Assembly: GCF_009914755.1 (NCBI RefSeq) | Contig: NC_060931.1 | Length of the DNA: 64,000 nucleotides | Reading direction: 5' to 3' (one strand) | Source: the human T2T-CHM13v2.0 reference genome, Homo sapiens | In this document: positions 53,930 through 64,000 of the stretch, piece by piece | How positions within the stretch are numbered: position 1 is the stretch's first letter | How the letters are laid out: each line of letters opens with the position of its first letter | Position numbers and translations under genes: made by a program | Notes under the pieces: generated by a model | What the model was told of the DNA's origin: nothing | The model's input: only the letters and a program-made list of their open reading frames with translations | Database searches by the model: none

Positions 53930-56900
53930 TTGTGATGTGTGCCTTCAACTCACAGAGTTTAACCTTTCTTTTCTTAGAGCAGTTTAGAAACACTCTGCTT
54001 GTTACGTCTGCAAGTGGATATTTGGACCTCTTTGAGGCCTTCGTTGCAAACGGGGTTTCTTCCTTTCATGCTAGACTAAGAAGAGTTCTCAGTAACTTTT
54101 TTGTGTTGTGTGTATTCAACTCACAGAGTTGAACCTTGCTTTAGAGAGAGCAGATTTGAAACACTCTTGCTGTGGCATTTTCAGGTGGAGATTTCAAGCG
54201 ATTTGAGGACAATTGCAGAAAAGGAAATATCTTCGTATAATAACCAGACAGAATCATTCTCAGAAAGTGCTTTGTGATGTGTGCGTTCAACTCACAGAGT
54301 TTAACCTTTCTTTTCATAGAGGAGTTTGGAAACACACTGTTTGTAAAGTCTGCAAGTGGATATATGGACCTGTTTGAGGCCTTCGTTGGAAACGGGATTT
54401 CTTCATTGAATGCTAGACGGAAGAATTCTCAGTAAATTCTTTGTGTTGTGTGCATTCAACTCACAGAGTGGAACGTCCCTTTAGACAGAGCAGATTTGAA
54501 ACACTCTTTTTGCGGAATTTGCAAGTGGAGATTTCTAGCCATTTGATGCCAACAGTAGAAAGGGAAATATCTTCAAATAAAAACCAGACAGAATCATTCT
54601 CAGAAAATTCTTTGTGATGTGTGCGTTCAACTCACATAGTTTAACCTTTCTTTTCATAGAGCAGTTTGGAAACACTCTGTTTGTAAAGTCTGCAAGTGGA
54701 TATATGGACCGCATTGAGGCCTTCGTTGGAAACGGGATTTCTTCATTTCATGCTAGACAGAAGAATTCTCAGTAACTTCTTTGTGCTGTGTGTATTCAAC
54801 TCACAGAGTGGAACGTCCCTTTGCACAGAGCAGATTTGAAACACTCTTTTTGTGGAGTTTGCAAGTGGAGATTTCAAGCGATTTGATGCCAACAGTAGAA
54901 AAGGAAATATCTTCAAATAAAAACTAGACAGAATCATTCTCAGAAACTACTTTGTGATGTGTGCCTTCAACTCACAGAGTTTAACCTTTCTTTTCTTAGA
55001 GCAGTTTAGAAACACTCTGCTTGTTATGTCTGCAAGTGGATATTTGGACCTCTTTGAGGCCTTCGTTGCAAACGGGGTTTCTTCCTTTCATGCTAGACTA
55101 AGAAGAGTTCTCAGTAACTTTTTTGTGTTGTGTGTATTCAACTCACAGAGTTGAACCTTGCTTTAGAGAGAGCAGATTTGAAACACTCTTGCTGTGGCAT
55201 TTTCAGGTGGAGATTTCAAGCGATTTGAGGACAATTGCAGAAAAGGAAATATCTTCGTATAATAACCAGACGGAATCATTCTCAGAAAGTGCTTTGTGAT
55301 GTGTGCGTTCAACTCACAGGGTTTAACCTTTCTTTTCATAGAGGAGTTTGGAAACACACTGTTTGTAAAGTCTGCAAGTGGATATATGGACCTGTTTGAG
55401 GCCTTCGTTGGAAACGGGATTTCTTCATTGAATGCTAGACGGAAGAATTCTCAGTAAATTCTTTGTGTTGTGTGCATTCAACTCACAGAGTGGAACGTCC
55501 CTTTAGACAGAGCAGATTTGAAACACTCTTTTTGCGGAATTTGCAAGTGGAGATTTCTAGCCATTTGATGCCAACAGTAGAAAGGGAAATATCTTCAAAT
55601 AAAAACCAGACACAATCATTCTCAGAAAATTCTTTGTGATGTGTGCGTTCAACTCACATAGTTTAACCTTTCTTTTCATAGAGCAGTTTGGAAACACTCT
55701 GTTTGTAAAGTCTGCAAGTGGATATATGGACCGCATTGAGGCCTTCGTTGGAAACGGGATTTCTTCATTTCATGCTAGACAGAGGAATTCTCAGTAACTT
55801 CTTTGTGCTGTGTGTATTCAACTCACAGAGTGGAACGTCCCTTTGCACAGAGCAGATTTGAAACACTCTTTTTGTGGAGTTTGCAAGTGGAGATTTCAAG
55901 CGATTTGATGCCAACAGTAGAAAAGGAAATATCTTCAAATAAAAACTAGACAGAATCATTCTCAGAAACTACTTTGTGATGTGTGCCTTCAACTCACAGA
56001 GTTTAACCTTTCTTTTCTTAGAGCAGTTTAGAAACACTCTGCTTGTTATGTCTGCAAGTGGATATTTGGACCTCTTTGAGGCCTTTGTTGCAAACGGGGT
56101 TTCTTCCTTTCATGCTAGACTAAGAAGAGTTCTCAGTAACTTTTTTGTGTTGTGTGTATTCAACTCACAGAGTTGAACCTTGCTTTAGAGAGAGCAGATT
56201 TGAAACACTCTTGCTGTGGCATTTTCAGGTGGAGATTTCAAGCGATTTGAGGACAATTGCAGAAAAGGAAATATCTTCGTATAATAACCAGACAGAATCA
56301 TTCTCAGAAAGTGCTTTGTGATGTGTGCGTTCAACTCACAGAGTTTAACCTTTCTTTTCATAGAGGAGTTTGGAAACACACTGTTTGTAAAGTCTGCAAG
56401 TGGATATATGGACCTGTTTGAGGCCTTCGTTGGAAACGGGATTTCTTCATTGAATGCTAGACGGAAGAATTCTCAGAAAATTCTTTGTGTTGTGTGCATT
56501 CAACTCACAGAGTGGAACGTCCCTTTAGACAGAGCAGATTTGAAACACTCTTTTTGCGGAATTTGCAAGTGGAGATTTCTAGCCATTTGATGCCAACAGT
56601 AGAAAGGGAAATATCTTCAAATAAAAACCAGACAGAATCATTCTCAGAAAATTCTTTGTGATGTGTGCGTTCAACTCACATAGTTTAACCTTTCTTTTCA
56701 TAGAGCAGTTTGGAAACACTCTGTTTGTAAAGTCTGCAAGTGGATATATGGACCGCATTGAGGCCTTCGTTGGAAACGGGATTTCTTCATTTCATGCTAG
56801 ACAGAAGAATTCTCAGTAACTTCTTTGTGCTGTGTGTATTCAACTCACAGAGTGGAACGTCCCTTTGCACAGAGCAGATTTGAAACACTCTTTTTGTGGA

Positions 56901-59900
56901 GTTTGCAAGTGGAGATTTCAAGCGATTTGATGCCAACAGTAGAAAAGGAAATATCTTCAAATAAAAACTAGACAGAATCATTCTCAGAAACTACTTTGTG
57001 ATGTGTGCCTTCAACTCACAGAGTTTAACCTTTCTTTTCTTAGAGCAGTTTAGAAACACTCTGCTTGTTACGTCTGCAAGTGGATATTTGGACCTCTTTG
57101 AGGCCTTCGTTGCAAACGGGGTTTCTTCCTTTCATGCTAGACTAAGAAGAGTTCTCAGTAACTTTTTTGTGTTGTGTGTATTCAACTCACAGAGTTGAAC
57201 CTTGCTTTAGAGAGAGCAGATTTGAAACACTCTTGCTGTGGCATTTTCAGGTGGAGATTTCAAGCGATTTGAGGACAATTGCAGAAAAGGAAATATCTTC
57301 GTATAATAACCAGACAGAATCATTCTCAGAAAGTGCTTTGTGATGTGTGCGTTCAACTCACAGAGTTTAACCTTTCTTTTCATAGAGGAGTTTGGAAACA
57401 CACTGTTTGTAAAGTCTGCAAGTGGATATATGGACCTGTTTGAGGCCTTCGTTGGAAACGGGATTTCTTCATTGAATGCTAGACGGAAGAATTCTCAGTA
57501 AATTCTTTGTGTTGTGTGCATTCAACTCACAGAGTGGAACGTCCCTTTAGACAGAGCAGATTTGAAACACTCTTTTTGCGGAATTTGCAAGTGGAGATTT
57601 CTAGCCATTTGATGCCAACAGTAGAAAGGGAAATATCTTCAAATAAAAACCAGACAGAATCATTCTCAGAAAATTCTTTGTGATGTGTGCGTTCAACTCA
57701 CATAGTTTAACCTTTCTTTTCATAGAGCAGTTTGGAAACACTCTGTTTGTAAAGTCTGCAAGTGGATATATGGACCGCATTGAGGCCTTCGTTGGAAACG
57801 GGATTTCTTCATTTCATGCTAGACAGAAGAATTCTCAGTAACTTCTTTGTGCTGTGTGTATTCAACTCACAGAGTGGAACGTCCCTTTGCACAGAGCAGA
57901 TTTGAAACACTCTTTTTGTGGAGTTTGCAAGTGGAGATTTCAAGCGATTTGATGCCAACAGTAGAAAAGGAAATATCTTCAAATAGAAACTAGACAGAAT
58001 CATTCTCAGAAACTACTTTGTGATGTGTGCCTTCAACTCACAGAGTTTAACCTTTCTTTTCTTAGAGCAGTTTAGAAACACTCTGCTTGTTATGTCTGCA
58101 AGTGGATATTTGGACCTCTTTGAGGCCTTCGTTGCAAACGGGGTTTCTTCCTTTCATGCTAGACTAAGAAGAGTTCTCAGTAACTTTTTTGTGTTGTGTG
58201 TATTCAACTCACAGAGTTGAACCTTGCTTTAGAGAGAGCAGATTTGAAACACTCTTGCTGTGGCATTTTCAGGTGGAGATTTCAAGCGATTTGAGGACAA
58301 TTGCAGAAAAGGAAATATCTTCGTATAATAACCAGACAGAATCATTCTCAGAAAGTGCTTTGTGATGTGTGCGTTCAACTCACAGAGTTTAACCTTTCTT
58401 TTCATAGAGGAGTTTGGAAACACACTGTTTGTAAAGTCTGCAAGTGGATATATGGACCTGTTTGAGGCCTTCGTTGGAAACGGGATTTCTTCATTGAATG
58501 CTAGACGGAAGAATTCTCAGTAAATTCTTTGTGTTGTGTGCATTCAACTCACAGAGTGGAACGTCCCTTTAGACAGAGCAGATTTGAAACACTCTTTTTG
58601 CGGAATTTGCAAGTGGAGATTTCTAGCCATTTGATGCCAACAGTAGAAAGGGAAATATCTTCAAATAAAAACCAGACACAATCATTCTCAGAAAATTCTT
58701 TGTGATGTGTGCGTTCAACTCACATAGTTTAACCTTTCTTTTCATAGAGCAGTTTGGAAACACTCTGTTTGTAAAGTCTGCAAGTGGATATATGGACCGC
58801 ATTGAGGCCTTCGTTGGAAACGGGATTTCTTCATTTCATGCTAGACAGAGGAATTCTCAGTAACTTCTTTGTGCTGTGTGTATTCAACTCACAGAGTGGA
58901 ACGTCCCTTTGCACAGAGCAGATTTGAAACACTCTTTTTGTGGAGTTTGCAAGTGGAGATTTCAAGCGATTTGATGCCAACAGTAGAAAAGGAAATATCT
59001 TCAAATAAAAACTAGACAGAATCATTCTCAGAAACTACTTTGTGATGTGTGCCTTCAACTCACAGAGTTTAACCTTTCTTTTCTTAGAGCAGTTTAGAAA
59101 CACTCTGCTTGTTATGTCTGCAAGTGGATATTTGGACCTCTTTGAGGCCTTTGTTGCAAACGGGGTTTCTTCCTTTCATGCTAGACTAAGAAGAGTTCTC
59201 AGTAACTTTTTTGTGTTGTGTGTATTCAACTCACAGAGTTGAACCTTGCTTTAGAGAGAGCAGATTTGAAACACTCTTGCTGTGGCATTTTCAGGTGGAG
59301 ATTTCAAGCGATTTGAGGACAATTGCAGAAAAGGAAATATCTTCGTATAATAACCAGACAGAATCATTCTCAGAAAGTGCTTTGTGATGTGTGCGTTCAA
59401 CTCACAGTGTTTAACCTTTCTTTTCATAGAGGAGTTTGGAAACACACTGTTTGTAAAGTCTGCAAGTGGATATATGGACCTGTTTGAGGCCTTCGTTGGA
59501 AACGGGATTTCTTCATTGAATGCTAGACGGAAGAATTCTCAGAAAATTCTTTGTGTTGTGTGCATTCAACTCACAGAGTGGAACGTCCCTTTAGACAGAG
59601 CAGATTTGAAACACTCTTTTTGCGGAATTTGCAAGTGGAGATTTCTAGCCATTTGATGCCAACAGTAGAAAGGGAAATATCTTCAAATAAAAACCAGACA
59701 GAATCATTCTCAGAAAATTCTTTGTGATGTGTGCGTTCAACTCACATAGTTTAACCTTTCTTTTCATAGAGCAGTTTGGAAACACTCTGTTTGTAAAGTC
59801 TGCAAGTGGATATATGGACCGCATTGAGGCCTTCGTTGGAAACGGGATTTCTTCATTTCATGCTAGACAGAAGAATTCTCAGTAACTTCTTTGTGCTGTG

Positions 59901-60270
59901 TGTATTCAACTCACAGAGTGGAACGTCCCTTTGCACAGAGCAGATTTGAAACACTCTTTTTGTGGAGTTTGCAAGTGGAGATTTCAAGCGATTTGATGCC
60001 AACAGTAGAAAAGGAAATATCTTCAAATAAAAACTAGACAGAATCATTCTCAGAAACTACTTTGTGATGTGTGCCTTCAACTCACAGAGTTTAACCTTTC
60101 TTTTCTTAGAGCAGTTTAGAAACACTCTGCTTGTTACGTCTGCAAGTGGATATTTGGACCTCTTTGAGGCCTTCGTTGCAAACGGGGTTTCTTCCTTTCA
60201 TGCTAGACTAAGAAGAGTTCTCAGTAACTTTTTTGTGTTGTGTGTATTCAACTCACAGAGTTGAACCTTG
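53930..60270 (+). repeat. Tandem duplication of a three-HOR (3066-bp) block
   Basis: Private variants repeat at +3066: GACACAATC (~55613/58679), AGAGGAATTC (~55784/58850), CTTTGTTGC (56083/59149), CTCAGAAAATTCTTTGTGTT (~56477/59543). Boundaries approximate. Confidence 0.88.
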
Positions 60271-63200
60271 CTTTAGAGAGAGCAGATTTGAAACACTCTT
60301 GCTGTGGCATTTTCAGGTGGAGATTTCAAGCGATTTGAGGACAATTGCAGAAAAGGAAATATCTTCGTATAATAACCAGACAGAATCATTCTCAGAAAGT
60401 GCTTTGTGATGTGTGCGTTCAACTCACAGAGTTTAACCTTTCTTTTCATAGAGGAGTTTGGAAACACACTGTTTGTAAAGTCTGCAAGTGGATATATGGA
60501 CCTGTTTAAGGCCTTCGTTGGAAACGGGATTTCTTCATTGAATGCTAGACGGAAGAATTCTCAGTAAATTCTTTGTGTTGTGTGCATTCAACTCACAGAG
60601 TGGAACGTCCCTTTAGACAGAGCAGATTTGAAACACTCTTTTTGCGGAATTTGCAAGTGGAGATTTCTAGCCATTTGATGCCAACAGTAGAAAGGGAAAT
60701 ATCTTCAAATAAAAACCAGACAGAATCATTCTCAGAAAATTCTTTGTGATGTGTGCGTTCAACTCACATAGTTTAACCTTTCTTTTCATAGAGCAGTTTG
60801 GAAACACTCTGTTTGTAAAGTCTGCAAGTGGATATATGGACCGCATTGAGGCCTTCGTTGGAAACGGGATTTCTTCATTTCATGCTAGACAGAAGAATTC
60901 TCAGTAACTTCTTTGTGCTGTGTGTATTCAACTCACAGAGTGGAACGTCCCTTTACACAGAGCAGATTTGAAACACTCTTTTTGTGGAGTTTGCAAGTGG
61001 AGATTTCAAGCGATTTGATGCCAACAGTAGAAAAGGAAATATCTTCAAATAAAAACTAGACAGAATCATTCTCAGAAACTACTTTGTGATGTGTGCCTTC
61101 AACTCACAGAGTTTAACCTTTCTTTTCTTAGAGCAGTTTAGAAACACTCTGCTTGTTATGTCTGCAAGTGGATATTTGGACCTCTTTGAGGCCTTCGTTG
61201 CAAACGGGGTTTCTTCCTTTCATGCTAGACTAAGAAGAGTTCTCAGCAACTTTTTTGTGTTGTGTGTATTCAACTCACAGAGTTGAACCCTGCTTTAGAG
61301 AGAGCAGATTTGAAACACTCTTGCTGTGGCATTTTCAGGTGGAGATTTCAAGCGATTTGAGGACAATTGCAGAAAAGGAAATATCTTCGTATAATAACCA
61401 GACAGAATCATTCTCAGAAAGTGCTTTGTGATGTGTGCGTTCAACTCACAGAGTTTAACCTTTCTTTTCATAGAGGAGTTTGGAAACACACTGTTTGTAA
61501 AGTCTGCAAGTGGATATATGGACCTGTTTGAGGCCTTCGTTGGAAACGGGATTTCTTCATTGAATGCTAGACGGAAGAATTCTCAGTAAATTCTTTGTGT
61601 TGTGTGCATTCAACTCACAGAGTGGAACGTCCCTTTAGACAGAGCAGATTTGAAACACTCTTTTTGCGGAATTTGCAAGTGGAGATTTCTAGCCATTTGA
61701 TGCCAACAGTAGAAAGGGAAATATCTTCAAATAAAAACCAGACAGAATCATTCTCAGAAAATTCTTTGTGATGTGTGCGTTCAACTCACATAGTTTAACC
61801 TTTCTTTTCATAGAGCAGTTTGGAAACACTCTGTTTGTAAAGTCTGCAAGTGGATATATGGACCGCATTGAGGCCTTCGTTGGAAACGGGATTTCTTCAT
61901 TTCATGCTAGACAGAAGAATTCTCAGTAACTTCTTTGTGCTGTGTGTATTCAACTCACAGAGTGGAACGTCCCTTTGCACAGAGCAGATTTGAAACACTC
62001 TTTTTGTGGAGTTTGCAAGTGGAGATTTCAAGCGATTTGATGCCAACAGTAGAAAAGGAAATATCTTCAAATAAAAACTAGACAGAATCATTCTCAGAAA
62101 CTACTTTGTGATGTGTGCCTTCAACTCACAGAGTTTAACCTTTCTTTTCTTAGAGCAGTTTAGAAACACTCTGCTTGTTACGTCTGCAAGTGGATATTTG
62201 GACCTCTTTGAGGCCTTCGTTGCAAACGGGGTTTCTTCCTTTCATGCTAGACTAAGAAGAGTTCTCAGTAACTTTTTTGTGTTGTGTGTATTCAACTCAC
62301 AGAGTTGAACCTTGCTTTAGAGAGAGCAGATTTGAAACACTCTTGCTGTGGCATTTTCAGGTGGAGATTTCAAGCGATTTGAGGACAATTGCAGAAAAGG
62401 AAATATCTTCGTATAATAACCAGACAGAATCATTCTCAGAAAGTGCTTTGTGATGTGTGCGTTCAACTCACAGAGTTTAACCTTTCTTTTCATAGAGGAG
62501 TTTGGAAACACACTGTTTGTAAAGTCTGCAAGTGGATATATGGACCTGTTTGAGGCCTTCGTTGGAAACGGGATTTCTTCATTGAATGCTAGACGGAAGA
62601 ATTCTCAGTAAATTCTTTGTGTTGTGTGCATTCAACTCACAGAGTGGAACGTCCCTTTAGACAGAGCAGATTTGAAACACTCTTTTTGCGGAATTTGCAA
62701 GTGGAGATTTCTAGCCATTTGATGCCAACAGTAGAAAGGGAAATATCTTCAAATAAAAACCAGACAGAATCATTCTCAGAAAATTCTTTGTGATGTGTGC
62801 GTTCAACTCACATAGTTTAACCTTTCTTTTCATAGAGCAGTTTGGAAACACTCTGTTTGTAAAGTCTGCAAGTGGATATATGGACCGCATTGAGGCCTTC
62901 GTTGGAAACGGGATTTCTTCATTTCATGCTAGACAGAAGAATTCTCAGTAACTTCTTTGTGCTGTGTGTATTCAACTCACAGAGTGGAACGTCCCTTTGC
63001 ACAGAGCAGATTTGAAACACTCTTTTTGTGGAGTTTGCAAGTGGAGATTTCAAGCGATTTGATGCCAACAGTAGAAAAGGAAATATCTTCAAATAAAAAC
63101 TAGACAGAATCATTCTCAGAAACTACTTTGTGATGTGTGCCTTCAACTCACAGAGTTTAACCTTTCTTTTCTTAGAGCAGTTTAGAAACACTCTGCTTGT

Positions 63201-64000
63201 TATGTCTGCAAGTGGATATTTGGACCTCTTTGAGGCCTTTGTTGCAAACGGGGTTTCTTCCTTTCATGCTAGACTAAGAAGAGTTCTCAGTAACTTTTTT
63301 GTGTTGTGTGTATTCAACTCACAGAGTTCAACCTTGCTTTAGAGAGAGCAGATTTGAAACACTCTTGCTGTGGCATTTTCAGGTGGAGATTTCAAGCGAT
63401 TTGAGGACAATTGCAGAAAAGGAAATATCTTCGTATAATAACCAGACAGAATCATTCTCAGAAAGTGCTTTGTGATGTGTGCGTTCAACTCACAGAGTTT
63501 AACCTTTCTTTTCATAGAGGAGTTTGGAAACACACTGTTTGTAAAGTCTGCAAGTGGATATATGGACCTGTTTGAGGCCTTCGTTGGAAACGGGATTTCT
63601 TCATTGAATGCTAGACGGAAGAATTCTCAGTAAATTCTTTGTGTTGTGTGCATTCAACTCACAGAGTGGAACGTCCCTTTAGACAGAGCAGATTTGAAAC
63701 ACTCTTTTTGCGGAATTTGCAAGTGGAGATTTCTAGCCATTTGATGCCAACAGTAGAAAGGGAAATATCTTCAAATAAAAACCAGACAGAATCATTCTCA
63801 GAAAATTCTTTGTGATGTGTGCGTTCAACTCACATAGTTTAACCTTTCTTTTCATAGAGCAGTTTGGAAACACTCTGTTTGTAAAGTCTGCAAGTGGATA
63901 TATGGACCGCATTGAGGCCTTCGTTGGAAACGGGATTTCTTCATTTCATGCTAGACAGAAGAATTCTCAGTAACTTCTTTGTGCTGTGTGTATTCAACTC

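Larger units (their letters stand above)
1..64000 (+). repeat. Alpha-satellite higher-order repeat array, 6-monomer 1022-bp HOR, about 62.6 near-identical tandem copies in one orientation
   Basis: Classic alphoid motifs (CATTCTCAGAAAC/AG..TTTGTGATGTGTG, TTCAACTCACAGAG, GGAAATATCTTC, CENP-B boxes) recur every ~170 bp. The ORF track repeats with exact 1022-bp period (582, 1604, 2626...), shifted only by three small deletions. Confidence 0.99.
1..64000 (+). repeat. D7Z1: Probable identity: human chromosome 7 active centromeric array D7Z1 (SF1, dimeric J1/J2 ancestry)
   Basis: A ~1.02-kb 6-mer built from three ~340-bp dimers. EcoRI sites at 262 and 602 are absent at the third dimer (GAAGAGTTCT, 941-950), giving 340+682 bp fragments. 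This matches my recollection of D7Z1. Other SF1 6-mers exist (chr1/5/19), so an alignment is needed. Confidence 0.8.

Noticed and set aside
56318-56590. Longest ORF, 90 aa (also 59384-59656)
   Set aside because: Created by one TAA>AAA change in the duplicated block; incidental read-through.
63321-63340. GAGTTCAACC at 63329 as a return of the left-domain allele
   Set aside because: It lies in a different monomer (G>C in GAGTTGAACCTTGC), so it is an independent singleton.
582-63533. About 185 short ORFs (64-90 aa) on both strands
   Set aside because: They are translations of satellite monomers, recurring every 1022 bp and appearing or vanishing with single SNVs or indels. No recognisable domain or gene context.
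1-64000. CRISPR-like or other prokaryotic repeat/defence system
   Set aside because: No unique spacers, no cas or any other genes; the entire sequence is tandem alphoid DNA.
1-64000. Model-generated or collapsed assembly sequence
   Set aside because: Linked multi-kb variant patterns and private singletons look like a real linear assembly, though only raw reads can fully exclude artefacts.

Overview
The whole 64 kb window is one uninterrupted, head-to-tail array of primate, almost certainly human, centromeric alpha-satellite DNA. It holds about 62.6 copies of a 1022-bp higher-order repeat (HOR) made of six monomers (169/171/169/171/171/171 bp). CENP-B-box monomers alternate with monomers lacking the box, as in the dimeric suprachromosomal family 1. 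The 6-mer size and the 340+682 bp EcoRI pattern fit the chromosome 7 live array D7Z1; that assignment comes from recall, not from a search. I see no genes, transposons, inversions or CRISPR, and all ORFs in the track are by-products of the repeat. I found no new gene system. The real extra information lies in how rare variants are ordered along the array: (i) a haplotype boundary near 27.5 kb; (ii) a block at about 36-50 kb where two HOR haplotypes strictly alternate (a 2044-bp 12-mer super-repeat) and every second HOR has lost one CENP-B box; (iii) local multi-HOR duplications with lags of 3, 4, 5 and 11 units, plus long-range sharing at 21 and 31 units; (iv) only three indels. Variants were read by eye, with help from the ORF track, so lists may be incomplete.
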